Assembly: GCF_000497125.1 (NCBI RefSeq)
Contig: NC_090599.1
Coordinates: 186,001-250,000, forward strand
Length of the DNA: 64,000 nt
Origin: Spironucleus salmonicida
Taxonomy: Eukaryota
Direction of reading: 5' to 3'
Positions 42,301 to 56,907 of the stretch are shown here, one piece after another. Below the pieces are notes generated by a model. That model was not told the DNA's origin and did no database searches. It was given only the letters and a program-made list of their open reading frames with translations. Each line of letters starts with the position of its first letter. Within the stretch, counting starts at the first letter, position 1. The position numbers and the translations under genes were made by a program.

Positions 42301-45300
42301 GTTCAAGTAAATGCGATACCAAAAATATTATGGAACAAAAACTGTCATGGGTATTCATAATCAATCGTAATATTAATTTCTAGAGCTGATAATGGATAAA
42401 TATTACATCGGCATGAAGTAGTTTTAAATTAATATACGATTTAATAACCAATTAATATAGTCACACTAATAAAAATTAGTTAATGGAATAAGATTACCGT
42501 TCAAGGTACTAATGTAAAGAATACTCTCAGCTTAGGAAATATATCGACTGATATTGAATCTGATGAGTTTCCTGTCTTAAAGGTGGTAGCTTTTCCCAAA
42601 AATTGGACTGGATCTACTGCGGTTGTTTAGGAACAGATAATTTAGATAGAAAATATATATATTCAAGAGCATCAAAATATTGAGTATTAATAACTTAATG
42701 ATCCAAATATCGTATTTCAGTCAAAATTTTCATATTTTACCCCATTGCCTAAAATTTAACCTATTTCAACATTATCACTTCATTGGCCCGAGGCTTAAAA
42801 TTTATTTAGTTTTAAATTTTTTAATCCAATTTAATCCGTAATGTTCCACACTTTATTTTATTAAAGAGAAAATGTTTATGTGGGTGCGCCAACTTCTTCA
42901 GGGAAAACGGTAGCCGCTGAGTTAGCGATTTTATAAGTTCTTAAAAATTCGCCTGGGTAGAAATGTGTATATATTGCACCTATTAAGGCATTAGTAAGAG
43001 AAAAATATTTAGATTGGAAAACAAGATTTTCAGTTATTGGTGCTAATGTAGTTGAAATAACTGGAGACTATGTACCAGAAGCTATGCAGTTGTTAAGCAG
43101 CCATATTATTGTTACAACTCCTGAAAAGTGGGATGCGATGAGTAGATCATGGAAAAGTAAATAATTTTTACAATTGATAGGACTTATTATTATAGACGAA
43201 GTTCATTTAATCGGGACTAGTAGAGGTTATGTTATAGAAAGTGTGGTAGCTCGATATTAGCTAGTATGTAAAGAATTAAATAAATAGATACGGCTTGTTG
43301 GTCTATCTACACCAAGTTAAAATGTTAAAGACATTGCTTAATGGCTTAAGGTACCTTATTAAAATATATTTAATTTTGATAATGCTGCTAGACCTGTAAA
43401 ATTAGATATTCATATTCAAGGTTTTATCGGCGACAAATATTGTGAACGAATGGAATTAATGAATAGACCAGTGTATACTTCTATAAAAAAATATTCACCA
43501 AATTTACCAGTTCTTATTTTTGTTTAGTCTAGAAAATAAACTAGAAAGACGGCATATGCCCTTCTTAATTTATCTTTTGCTGATAATTAACCGCCGGAAT
43601 GTTTCTTTAAAATACCAAATGATAAGTTATCCGAAAATATATAAGATCCAGATGCTGCACATTGCATTAAATTTGGCGTTGGTATTCATCATTCGGGAAT
43701 GATTTCTTCAGATAGAGAAATAATTGAATAATTATATCTGACATAATAGATTACAATATTAGTTTGTACTGCAACTTTAGCGGCAGGTATTAATATGCCC
43801 GTCTATATGACAATTTTAAAGGGTTGTGAGTATTTTGATGGAAATATAAAAGCATATGTGGATTTTGATATCGTAGATGTTCAATAAATGTGTGGTAGAG
43901 CAGGTAGACCATAATATATACAATATAAGATTAAATCTTAAATTAAATAGCTTTTAGGCTAAGAAACTGTTAATTAATTAGAAGATTAAAAAGTATTTGA
44001 TTTTATGTATACGTTTAATAAGCAATTAATTAAAGATAACATTAAAACTAATATACCAGATTTAGATTCAATTTTAGATTATATCGAATAATTAAATATC
44101 GAATAACCTTAGTCTGTATCAATTATAATGTGCAGATAATCAGCTAAAGAAACCTACAAATAATTTTTTAATGAACCTTTCCCATTTGAGTCATCATTAC
44201 TTAATTAAGCATTAGGAAATGCGCTAGCATCCGCTATGCTTAAGGTTAAAGATATTCAAATTTCGTATTTTCCAGATTGTGTTAACGCTGAAATTTCAAT
44301 ATAAGGTACTTCACGACTTCAACTCAGAAATTGGCTATAACATACCTTTTTCTTCATTCGTGCTAGAAGGAATCCACTACTTTATGGAATTGATCTTAAA
44401 GATATTTTAGACGACATAGAAACAGTAGATTTATCATTATTCACTGTAGAATTTCATTCATATTCAAATGGACGCAATATTTTAGAACAGCCAAAGGCTT
44501 CGTTAGTTGATTTTTTCACAGTTCTCCGTATATATGCAAAACTTGATTCTACTCTAGATCTTTTAATTAGTATAAAAGCTATTTCATCTGACGCCTAGAC
44601 GAATTATTTTGAAGAAGTTTTCTACCAAACTGATATAGGAAAAATTGCATCAACTTATTATATTTCATACCATACTTTGTGGAAGTACGTGCATTTCGGT
44701 CAGATTACCACTCCTTATTTAGCTATAAGTCAAATCTCATAGGCGCACGAATTCGCGCAAATTCCCGTTCGATGTGATGAGGAAAAGTAAATGTCAAGTC
44801 TTGCTATCCCAGAACAGATAATTGCTGGCTCCGGAAACCAAAAAGCTTATTTTGTACTCACCAAATAGTATGAAAACGACATGAAAATGCCAACACCGGA
44901 ATTTAATCTGGACCTCAGAACTGTTATGGCATCCACACATAGAATTACAGCAGCCCTAATAGAAATAAAATTACGTTAAAACGATTTTGCTTCATCTATA
45001 ATTTTGTGCAAAATTGCACGAAATTTGAAAGGCATCGAAGAGTAACATTGCGTTTTTTGGCTTTTTGCGCGCGTTCGTGACGTTGGAAAGGAATGGAAAC
45101 TTGAATTTCGATTAACAGTGAAAGGAAATTGTAGAGGAATGGTTTATTTAGGTGCAAAAGGCGAATTTGGAAGAGGGAACAAAGAAGTGGTAATCGGATG
45201 CAAGGTAAGTGGTGAGAAGGAGGTGTTAGTTTTTGTTGGATCAGATGTTATAAGCCTTAATTAGACTATACCAGTTCTTGTTAGCTCAGTTGGTAGAATA

Positions 45301-45324
45301 TGGGAGAACGTTTAAGTTTAGTGA
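39349..45324 (+). CDS. ASCC3: ASCC3/Slh1-type tandem Ski2-like helicase with Sec63 domains
   Basis: Two cassettes (APTSSGKT/DEIH and APTSSGKT/DEVH). The second cassette, YIAPIKALVRE...RPVKLDIHIQGF...YCERMELMNRP, fits ASCC3 better than Brr2. Confidence 0.85.
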
Positions 45325-45475
45325 GGGTTAAGCTTAATTCTTTCTTTAGCAGCTTTTTATAGTATATCCTTTTAATAATTTATATAAAGCAATATTTCTT
45401 TTTGTGATATTTTATTTTAATTAATATTTAATTATTATATCAAAATAAATACAACACCCCATTTCTAAAAATTTT

Positions 45476-48400
45476 ATGTCCGAACTATCTCTTTAGGCTA
45501 GAATTGAGGCAAGGTTAGCGAAGCATAAATAATAGTAGAGTTCTTTAAAACCTTCAGAACTTATAGTTTAGCAGTCAATGACTGAGTAAAGTAGTACAGG
45601 CAAGAATCTGTTTTCTAATACTTCGATGAATGTCATGTCTAACACTTTACATTAAACATAGGCAGAAAATACAATATAATAAAGAGAGCTTACATAAACT
45701 AGATCTAAAATGATGTCTTTAGAAAGATAAACTTAAAACATAGAATAAGAATTAAAGAATAAGGATTAAGCACTTAGGAAAACGCTAGCAGAAGCAACTG
45801 GTGAAAGAGTCGCACTTGTAGAAGCACTTACTGAAGCTAGAGCTTTATCTGATAATCTTAAGATTGACCTTACTAGAAAAGATGATTTGATTTAAAAGTT
45901 AGAATAAAGATTATCTAAACAGTCATTAGATTTTGAAGAGCTACAAGTTAAGCTAACTTAAATTACCACAAATTACTCATCATAATAACATGATATAAGA
46001 TTTTTAAAAGAGCAAATAAATATGCTTGAGACAAAATCATCAATTTAGGAAAAAGAAAACGAAAAACTTACATCTGAATGCGATGAATATAGAGATTAGG
46101 CTTTGGAAAATAAAGTATTAAAGAATAAAGTGGGTTAAATTGATCATGAATATCAATCAATAACGAAAAAGTATAAAAATGAATGTGAAAATAATTTATC
46201 TATTAGAGCTGAGTTAGTATAATTGAAGTAAGAATATTCTGAAGTACTTAATAAATTTGCAAACTATACTGATGAATATGAAAAGTTTAAAAGAATTTCC
46301 GCAAAATATGATGAATTGTCAACTGATCATGATAAACTAGTGAAAAAGCATAGATAGTTAACTGATGATACTTCTGAAGTTACATATAAGTGCGAGAAAG
46401 ATAGTAGTGCTTTATCACAAGAGAGATAGGCTGCTTAAATGTTAGGAACCGTTATGAAATAAATGTGTTCCATGTAAGAAGGTGATATTGATGTGAAATT
46501 TTCATAAGTAGAAGATACCGTATGTTATATGCAAATATAACCTATTTTATTGAAGTTAAAATAAATTATTGATTAGAATAAATTATTTAGAGAAGATAAT
46601 AGCAGCAATACTAATTAATTATCAGTCCTCAAGAGAGATAATCAAAAATTGTAAAGTATATAAAATGAATTTATGATTAAGACTGAAACATTAACGAAAT
46701 CAAATGATCGACTAAATGCTAATTATGAGGAATTAAATAAAGATTTATAATCTGCTAAAGTTGAGTTATAAAATAAGGAAAATTAATATAATAAATTAGT
46801 TATGGAGTGCTAATTAGCGATCTAAACTTTCGGATAAAGAAATTCTAACCCAGAAGAAATATCAAAAGTAGCCCAAAATACAAACTCTATTATTGTAAGA
46901 TTATAAAAAGAGGTTGAAGTACTAAACTAAGAAATCGATGAATTGGCATTGAAGTATAATGGTTTAGAATAAAATAATTAGGGAATGAAGAATTAAAACT
47001 AATAATTATTATAGGAGTTGGAAATCAGTAAAAAGAAATATAACTCATATAGAGAAGAAAGTGGTAAGAAAGACTAAGATCTTGGGTCATAACAATCAGT
47101 TATAACTAATTTAGCCTAATTTATTGCTCTTTGCTTAAGATAAATTAATTAATTAGATAAAAAATTAGTTTATAATACCTAAATCAACCAAATATCTAAT
47201 ATTTCACTCAATAATTATATATAATAATACAAGTAGCTCCGTGAACTAGTCAATTTATAAGAAGATATTAAAGTCAAGCCTTCCAAAGCAGATTCAGCAA
47301 GGAAAAAATTAAGAAAAATGTTTATGGTTTAACTTTTCATTAACAAGCTTAAAATTCACACTCAAATAACATAGCAAACCAATCTTTTGGAGAGAAAGTC
47401 AATAGAAAGTGTAGCATAAAAAAGTATATAGTTTGGCTCAATAATATCTTCTTTAACATCCTCATTTGTATATTAATCAGGGGATATTGAAGGACATGGT
47501 ATAGCATTTTTATCTAATGATGATAGAAACAACGTCCTTCATAAAGTTCTATCTAGATGCTTCTAAGATGCTGTTGTTTTCCGGTTTGGAACTGCAGATA
47601 TTTTAAACCTTCAATACGGCAAATTTAATCAGTCTTATAAACTTGTAAATAGTGCATTTTAAGCCAAAGATTCTTTAATTAACGAACTCGCATTGCAGAA
47701 TTCCGATGTTTTGAATTAGCATGAATTGATAGTATCTGAAAATGATTAATATAGAAATTAAGTTTAAGAAATGAGATAATAATTTTTAGCAGAATAATAG
47801 CGCTTTTTGCAGTTACAAAATAATATAAGTTAAAATTACGTTATTATTTAAGATTTCGATGAATTGTAATCTCAAAATAAAATGCAAATTATTCAAATAT
47901 AAAACCTAGAATAGAAAATAACTGATATTATGAGTTAGAATTCGTCTATGAATGTTGAGATTTCATCGTATTAGAACGAAATATCCAGACTAAATACAGC
48001 ATTACAATCATCTGACTAATTAGTGAAGACGATTAATACTAAATTTGAAGAGCAAATGAGAGCAGCGGTTAATATGAGAGAGCTTGTCTCTACATATGAA
48101 AAATAATTGAAATAAAAGGATTTAGATGTAAATGAGAAAGTTATGGACTTGTAGCGTCTACATTAACAAGCTTAGTAGTTATCAATGGATGAATAGAATT
48201 TATTAAGGGAAATTGATGATTTAAGAAAGCAATTAAGAGATAGAGACCAGAAAATGTAAGAGATATAGTATGCCTTAGATAAAGAATCTAGATTAAGAAT
48301 ATTAGCTGAAAACTCATAATAGCAAAAATTCACATAGTAAACCTATCAAAGACCTCCGATGCCTGTTTCAACACGTATGGAAGCTAGTGAAGCTAGTGAT

Positions 48401-48493
48401 AGTTATCCTTAACGCGAATTTAAATCTGCTGTAAACAAGGGTGAAATATAAGATTTGCTCAAATAACTTAACCAAAGTCTAGGAGATGAGTGA
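45476..48493 (+). CDS. Long coiled-coil protein (~1005 aa)
   Basis: Continuous code-6 ORF rich in E/Q/K/L heptads; ends GAG-TGA. Confidence 0.8.
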
Positions 48494-48594
48494 ACGATTG
48501 TTATTTTCCTAAATTTATATCCTGATATAGAAAATAAACAATAATATTCAATTATTATATAATTATTTTGTTACGAGTAAAAATAAAAAGTTGT

Positions 48595-51500
48595 TCACTG
48601 GAAACTGGGGTAAGTTCTTTTCCTTAACTTATCTAATTCTCCAATTAAGAATTACATTTCTTCCTCTTGTGCTTTAGAAAGCTCTCTCATCTTTCTTAAT
48701 GCGGCAATCCTTCTGAATTTTTTAAGGGCATCATCTTTATCTTCATCTTGAACCTAATCTTAAGCTGTAAATTCAGGTAAAGCTTATCTTCTTTATTCAT
48801 TTTGAGCAGTTATTTCTTCAATCTTAGCTTTCATAACCTCATTAGTTGTTAATACTTTCTATAAATCGTATGGTATTTTGCTGAGTTTAACTTCTTAATC
48901 TTATTCAGTTAATTAATGAGATTTTCTAGCATGCTCCAGTTTTCTTTACATTACTCCAACTTCTCTAGCTTTTTTATTTGATATTGACATATTTTCTCGA
49001 ATCATATCATGCATATCTTTCGAAACTCTAATCAGTTAGAAAGATTTAGTCTGAGCTTAATAATCTTCTTGGTTAAACTATAATATTTCTATTTCATGAC
49101 TAAGAATCTCTTGTTTTTGACGGAATTTAGCTAATGATGAAAGCTTATTAACTCTTTGCTACCCCAATTATGTTAAGGAATTATTGAGATTCTTTAAAAA
49201 TTCTAGATCAATAATAACAAACTATGAGTCATCTTTTATTAACAAATTATGTAACACATCTTCTTAATCAGTTTCCTGTTCTATTACATCTTTACTTAAA
49301 AATCTAAGCTTTTTAGTATCAAAGTAGGAATCCCAATCTCTATAAAGTTCTAGTTAACCTAATTTAAACATACACAGTAATGAAGGATTCAAAAATTAAC
49401 GGTTAACTACCTATATATTTTAAAGCTATGCTTACGAATTCTCTTCAATTAAATTCTGGTATGAATTTTCTAAATATTATGAATAAACATTAAAATTATT
49501 ATAAATTTATAGCTTCTAATATGCTTCAGTCTATTATAACTCTAAAAGAGTTTTACAACAGCGGCAAACATCAAACAAAATCATTTCAGGAGATTAAAAG
49601 TTTGGTTTAGTAGTTTGTTAAGCAAAATCTGGAAGCTATTATATTGGGAACAGTTTTGAAATAAGTTGGATATAATATGCATTATAAACTATAGGTTTTG
49701 ATAAAATGCTATTCAAATTGACAATAGGAGACTATTATGGAATAAGTGGTTCAAATGAGTTTAATATAGTAAGATTTTCTGCAAATTTATCTAATAATTC
49801 CATTTCATTTTACTAGATTTACTAATAATTTTCATGTAAGATTTCTTTATCAAAAAATTAACAGGTATTAAAAATAATTTCCAATGAGCCTATGATCTAT
49901 GAATAAGAGAGACCCGCTTTTTAAATTACTAACTTATTAAACTACTATTTTATTTAATCTTTAACTGCCTAGTAGTTAATTTTAAAAGATTAAAAAAATT
50001 TTTATAAGTCAGGATTTTAGAAAATAGTTTTTCTATTCTAATCTATATAGCGACTAAAATTACGTATTGTTTATAGTTTCTCAGACGAACCTTTTAATCC
50101 ATCCTCAACTATCCTTAAATGATTTCCTAATTCTTTCCAACATACTTACATTTCAGTATTTTTCTAGTCGTTAATTTCTTGGAATTGTTTAAATTTATAC
50201 TTTTAAATCGAGTAATTTAGTAAAGTACTGGATTGAAGCTAATAACTTTATACTAATATTTCATCTTTGAAACGTTTATCTCTAAATTACTTAATTACAA
50301 CATTATCAAACTGTTTACACAAATCTTCAGCTTACTCTCTGTATTTTATGCACTACGCTGCAAGCTACTTCTTCTCTTTATTCCTTCTCTCCTCTATTTC
50401 TTAAAGCTTGATATTATATGCAGAAACTACCGCTTCTTGCTCTTTATTAAGCTTAGTAACACCTAATGCAGGAGGAATAATAACATCGCGAATTGTTAAT
50501 TGATTTGATGCATCTATAGAACCCCTCATCATTTCATAAATAGCACGTTTATACGCGGCTGCAAGGCGTAACACTCTTTCTGATATATTTTAATTAGTTT
50601 AAGTAATTTTTTTAATCTCTGTAGATAGTAATGTTGGAAGATTTTAAATATGGAACAATTTATTATTAGTAAGTGATTAAAGCTAAATTAGTAAAGGTTC
50701 TGGAACTTCATTATAAATAATGTCTTTAATTTAAGACATAAGATTAAGAGCCGTTTTTTCTAATTAAGATTAATTAGATATTTTTCTTAGTTCATTGGTC
50801 TAGTTCTCAATATTAAACAAGTCATATTTTATAGCCTTTTCGACATTTTCATTTCTAGTAACCTATTCAACTTAAGATATAAGTAACGAGAAGTCTAATA
50901 ATGAAAAATCAATTAATTCCATAGCTTTTTCAGCAATAACTTCATCTGAAGGCAGCTGGGAAATAGCATTTTTAGCAGCCCTAGAACAACATTCTTCTTA
51001 AGCTAAGCCTTATGATAAATAGTGTTCGTAAAGATTCTACCTTTCTTATTCAATTAATTTCGTCAGCGTCTCCTCTTTAGCATGATAAGTAAGCTCCTTA
51101 CCTATTTCTTTTATAGACTATACAATCTCCGAAATTTTATTAATATTTCTGAATTTTTAATCTCTTATTTTAGTAAGAGATTAGTTAGTTTCAGAACATA
51201 CTGATGCAGCCTAATGTCTATATAACAATGCCTGCTGTCTGGCTCTAATTTAAGCAGTTACTTACGTTTCCTAATAAATTGATGCTGAAATTGATGCTTG
51301 TGGAAGAATAAACTCTTTAACTTAAGGTATTAAGGCAATATTTTTATCAAATAGACTACCCCCTTATTCAACCCAAATTGTTTCAATTTCAGGTAGTGAA
51401 ACAGAATAAGATTAAACTGAATTCAAGGTACCAGAATTCTCAGATTATTGAACTGATTATATTTTACTAAATACATCTGTATTCCTTGTTCTATTCACAG

Positions 51501-54500
51501 TCTCATTAGGAAAAGCATATTTTCCGATTCCATTTTTTACTGAGACAGGAGGAGAGTATTTAGCGAAAAGCTCACATGCTAATTAAGTAGTTCTTAACAT
51601 AATGTTTTATTTTGGTACTTATTATGGTTTGTAAGCAAATCCTGGAACATATGATTTTTTATCTAAAAGACCGGACACCGCTTCAGCTGAATTTTATAAA
51701 ATCATGCTTTCTTAAAAGTACTAAAATGTCTTGACTTTAAGAATGTCACTTTTATATGCTTTTTCGTATTATCCGAATTTTTCAAAAAACTTTACTCTTG
51801 AGGCGTTCACTATTTGATCTGAGACATGAATAACATTTTCATCTAAATATTAAGTTGATTTTAATATTTTACTCGGTTCTGTATCTTCAACTGGATCAGT
51901 TTCTGTAATTAGTGCTTTAATTCTTGGAATTGTTGATGTTTTAGATATTATAGTTAAATTTTTTTCTGCCAAAACATTCATATTAGTATTATCTATTTCT
52001 TTCAGAGATTCTGCAATTTTTTAGCTTTCTTCAATTAATTTTTAATTTATTCTCAACCTCAGGTTAGAACTAATAACTAGTGATATTAATCTAGGAACTT
52101 TTTAGAATGGAACTTCTAAGGAACCAGAATAAGTCTTTAATGACATCGCAGATATTCTGTTTTAAATATTATTTTTAAGATTTTCAGCGATAGAACTTTC
52201 ATCATAATATTATAATGGTACTTTCTCTCTGTAAGAAAACTTTTAATTGAGAATTTAAGAATACGGGTGTTAAATACCAGTTTCATCCATTGTTTAAATT
52301 GAAAGCAATAATTAAATTATATTTTAATCTTACTTTGGTTGTCTAACTTATACTCTCTTTTCGAAATTTAATTTTAGTTACTACTTAGAGATTTGAGTCC
52401 CATCTGCCTGAGCCGATTAAGTTTATAATGTTTAAATTACAAAACCTTTCACGAATTGATCTATTTATTCAATAATTGTCTAACACTATGCAGTAAATTA
52501 AGCGGGGACTCTAATTCTATATGTCTCATTTTAACATGACTGTACATCTACAAAAATGGTGTCTTTCTCTGTTGATAAGATGAAATAGTGAGGTTCATTT
52601 CTTAGTAATTAAATTTGGACGGATGTATCATCTTAATATACAGGTATCTGATTTTACTTAGAGTTTATTTAGTTAGACTGATCAATGATTACTACTTCAT
52701 TAACTAAAACTTCACCAGATACTAAGCTTTAAACAACATCATCATTTTTAGCCCAAACTTATGATATTTTTTTAAGATAGTTTAATTAAGGAGAAACTGC
52801 CTGAGTAAAAATAAGCTAACCAAATGAATCAGTTATTGCTACTACTCCATTTAATACTTCAATCTACTCTACTTTTGAAGACATTTTCACGATTTCTTTT
52901 GAAATCAATGGGAAATCTAGTTTAACACTCTATATTGTCTACTCATAATCTGTCTTCACCATAAAAACAAAGACTCTTCCATCAGATAAACCAGCATAAA
53001 TGAGATCAGATAAAACAAGAGGTGGTGGTACAACACACTCATCTACAAAAAGAGTAGAAATAGCAAGCTATGTTTTTAAAATCTAAGGTTTTAAATCTGC
53101 AATATTGATTTGATTTTACTAGGTCATGCTTAAATATCTATTTTCTAACATTTCTAATTCTCTTTAGGATGAAGAAGTCAATGTTTCGAGGAAATCTTAC
53201 AATCTTAATACATTTGAATTTTCTATTTATGTTAAAACCCTTTCTGATGAAGGGAAGAATAATTTATAAATATTACCATTTGAAACTGAGATATAAGCAT
53301 AGCTATTACAGATTCTAATACATGTTATAGAATAAAATATACCATTTTCAACAAATGGAGTAGTTAATGGCTAAATTTCTTTTAAATCTATATTTTGAAA
53401 GTAATATTATTTAGTTGATTCAGAAGATACCTGCTTAGGTTTAATAATACTTCCTATTAATTATCCTTATTGACATAATTATTGTTTTTAAATATTAATT
53501 ATTCCTGTATCTTATTGGTCACATTCCTCTAAAAATGTCTTAACCCCTGCACTAACACCACCAAGCTCTCCTATTTGAATATGCCCTAGGACAATAAACT
53601 CTTTTTCGACACCAGATATAAAATAAACAATACCAAATGCATCTGAGACCACAATTTAATTTGTATTTCCAGAAATTTTTAATAAACCTACTGAACTTAG
53701 TCGTAATTTTTATATCAGTCTTGTTTAGTTTTAATAATCAACAAAAACTCTCATATTACCACTAGAATGACCAGTAAATATGAAATGTTCAAATACACAC
53801 GAGCATAAAACTGGATCTGGAATTTCTTATTCAGATAAATAGGAGATAACAGATTTATGATTATTGACTCTACCAGAAAGATCAGATTTCGGTGATTATA
53901 AATTTTTAACGCTAAGTTACTGTGTAGAAACATATTTCATAAATTCTGGATAATTGCCAGAAACTGGGCAATATTAGAAATCTTATAATTGCTACAGAAT
54001 CTCAAACTCACATTTATCATTAATGTAGCCGATAGATTCATTAAATACAATAATCTTCTTATCGTTATTATTGAAAATATATTTACAAGAGGATGACCCT
54101 TAATAGAATAAATTATGATGTTAAACATAGCCATTAGAATAACCAAAAGTTGAAGGTGCCGAAAATGCGGTAAGTAACCCATTGTATTGCATATCTAAAA
54201 TATACGATAATGATTTCTTAGGATGTAAAATATTTGCAACAGACTTAGGAGGAATAAGCAAAGGAATTACAATAATACCAAAATATTGATCCACAATAAT
54301 AAAAGTTTCATTAAATACTAAACTTATTTAAATTTTCATAACTTTTCCAAAATTTTAAATTTAATGTTCATTAAGCATTTCACAAAAAGCTCTACTATCT
54401 GTTTTTTCTATGCTAAATTGTTGGTTAATTATATTCTCTAATGCTAAATCAGAATTTGAAGAAACTTTAATTTAATGTCCAAACATAACTTGATCTTCAA

Positions 54501-55245
54501 CACTATTCTTATTAGGATCTACATAGTTTTAGAGAACCTGTAACTCTTTATCTTTATCTTTCTAAAAAACTAAATGACTCGCGGTAGTTTATTAAAGGTA
54601 TTATAAATTATCTTCTAGTTATACCGACTCATAGTTAGTGGAATCTTTAATATATTAGGTTTATTTTTAATCTGACCATTTATCAATATTAATTTCTTCC
54701 TCATCTTCAATTTCAAACTCTAAAGTCTTAGTAAATTATTCAGGCATAATTGGACACACATCACAATACCAGTATGGAGCGATTTACTATAATAGTATTT
54801 AATATGATTCCGATTCGAAACTAACTAAAAAATTAGATTATATAGTCAACAATTATGAACGCTATCTTTACCTACCAGTAAATGGGATGCTGACCTACTA
54901 TAGTTTTAATAGTGATGATATCTACAAAGCAAAGATATTCAAAACAATGTTCGGAAAATCAGTTAATAATGCAATATAATTTGAAGAAACACTGATAGCA
55001 ACTGGTGTACAATCATGTGGAACCTCGTATATTACTGGATCTTAAAATTATTAAAAAACAGCAATAAATCCTTCATAACAAATAAAGAAGCTAGACTAGA
55101 AACACGTAAAACACTATATTTCTGATGGGAAAGTTCTTAAAATTTAACCATCAAGAGAGCAGAATGCTCTTCCTGAAAAGAAATGACCTGCTTATACGTC
55201 GTTTGCTGCATATAAATTCAGTTAGCTGACGGGTTATGTTTCCAT
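48595..55245 (-). CDS. CFAP43: Cilia- and flagella-associated protein 43-like (WD40 plus coiled coil; ~2216 aa)
   Basis: C-terminus IRRIAALRKMRELSKAQEEEMQFLIGELDKLRKRTYPSFQ matches the conserved CFAP43/WDR96 tail. N-terminal region is beta-rich; frame consistent at sampled points. Confidence 0.78.
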
Positions 55246-55246
55246 T

Positions 55247-55254
55247 TTGCGGAA
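55247..55254 (-). promoter_or_regulatory. Candidate start-proximal element TTCCGCAA (CFAP43)
   Basis: Minus strand reads AAAATTCCGCAAA-ATG. Confidence 0.45.
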
Positions 55255-55309
55255 TTTTATAGATAAATATTAATAATATAGAGTATATTATATTATTTAT
55301 TATTAATAT

Positions 55310-55867
55310 ATGAGCTAAGTAAAATCACTTGAATAGCAAATTTTATCTGAATAGAAGTAGTTAGATATAGAATTAACGAAGTTGAAGCAGTTAGAATATC
55401 AGTTTTAGCTTGAAAGAGATTTAAAAAAACGATAAGAGTCAAGGTAAAAACAAAGAAAAATATAGGAATAATAAAAAGAAGAAGAGAAGATATAGAAGGA
55501 AAAATAGTTTAAGAATAGAATAGAGGAAATACATAAAATAGATTATTAATCTCGAACTTAAAATAATCAGAACAAAAATCAAATATAAGGAAGATCGAGC
55601 TAAGTAAAAGAAACAACAATGAACGAGATAAAGTAACAAATGGAATCCAGAAAAATCGCTGCTTCGTAAAAATGGAATTAGATTATGATAGAAAAGCATT
55701 AAAGACAAAATATCAAACTTTAATAGGCTAGTAGTTAAAAATTAAATGCTTAGAAAATTTAAGCATCTAGGGGCTAATACAGTGCATAAATAGAAGTTTA
55801 TAAGAATCCTCAGCTAATTACTATTCCAAAAGGAGTAGTTACAGCAAATGATATAATCGAATGGTGA
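55310..55867 (+). CDS. Hypothetical coiled-coil protein (185 aa)
   Basis: Fully translated code-6 ORF rich in Q/K/E, divergent from CFAP43 across 64 nt. Confidence 0.7.
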
Positions 55868-55936
55868 ATCAATTTATTAAAATAATTTTTGAATATATTT
55901 AGATTATTATATAAGTTATAATATATTAAATTTTTA

Positions 55937-56194
55937 ATGTAATCTTTAAATATTGAAAAACTTTCGTTATTACCTTATGTATAAATTACTCAATAAGACA
56001 TAAAAAAAGTACAACAAGTTACTAATCATCCGTCTTATATAACATTAGATGATTTTCAGTTGAGATCATAGCTAGCAGATTTTACTAATTTTGTGGATTT
56101 CAACAAAATAAAGGAACTTGGAGCTAAAAATGCTCAACTATAATTACATGTATTTAAAATCACTGAAGCTTAAACCTAACTAGACTTAGAATGA
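55937..56194 (+). CDS. Small hypothetical protein (85 aa)
   Basis: ATG-TAA(Gln)... ORF that exactly fills the gap between its neighbours; no motif. Confidence 0.5.
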
Positions 56195-56200
56195 TTAGTT

Positions 56201-56776
56201 TCAGTCACTTTCCTCATCCTCAGCATTAATTACTAGACCTCTTTTAACAACTACAACTTCTTATTTTGCCTCAATCACGTTCTCTTTTACTATTTAACCT
56301 TCTTATGCTCTCTTACGTTACATACCAAAAACTACTTCTTATCCTGTCACATCTTCCTTGTAACATCCTATTTCTTTTAATTATTTAACTGCATCTAATG
56401 TGCACTTTTAACTAATATCCAGCTTTATTTCCTCATCGCTTTGACTCAGATTTTATTTTAATAGCTTTTTAAGACCTTTTGGCTTTCTTGAGAATTAAAT
56501 ATCTTCTAAATTAACTAATGTCGTTTCTAAAAGGTCTGCAATTTACTCAAATTTTTCAATTTCCTAAAATTAAGATTCAACATTAGCTAAAAGCTTCAAA
56601 AGTGGGTCAAAATGTACCGATTATGGTGATTTTAATAGTGGTGATGCAATTGTAGATAGCTATGTAAACTAATCATTTACTTAGTTTAGTAATTAGAGTG
56701 TCTAGTTTACAGACATCTAGAGTGGTTGGTTAGTAAAATTTAAAGCTTTCTCCAAATCAATAATTGTTTAGTCCAT
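56201..56776 (-). CDS. Hypothetical helical/coiled-coil protein (191 aa)
   Basis: ORF MDQTIIDLEKAL... ending in acidic NAEDEESD-TGA. Confidence 0.65.
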
Positions 56777-56907
56777 TATGTTGATTTCTTAATATAACTT
56801 TGAATTATATATACTTACTACCTGAATTTAAGTTAATAATATTTACTTTTAGAATTCATTGATTATATGATAATTATATAAAGAATTGGTAGTATTATAC
56901 TTTGAAA

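Noticed and set aside
39349-45324. Assignment as spliceosomal Brr2 (SNRNP200)
   Set aside because: The second-cassette motifs match ASCC3/Slh1 better; a phylogeny would be needed to settle it.
45274-45353. tRNA-like A-box/D-loop TAGCTCAGTTGGTAGA at 45282-45297
   Set aside because: The D stem does not close (GCTC vs GAAT), there is no GTTCRA T-loop or acceptor stem, and it lies in frame in the ASCC3 C-terminus.
46296-46343. TTTCCGCAAAATATG identical to the dynein start context, inside the coiled-coil gene
   Set aside because: The ATG is out of frame and hits TGA after 11 codons; treated as chance.
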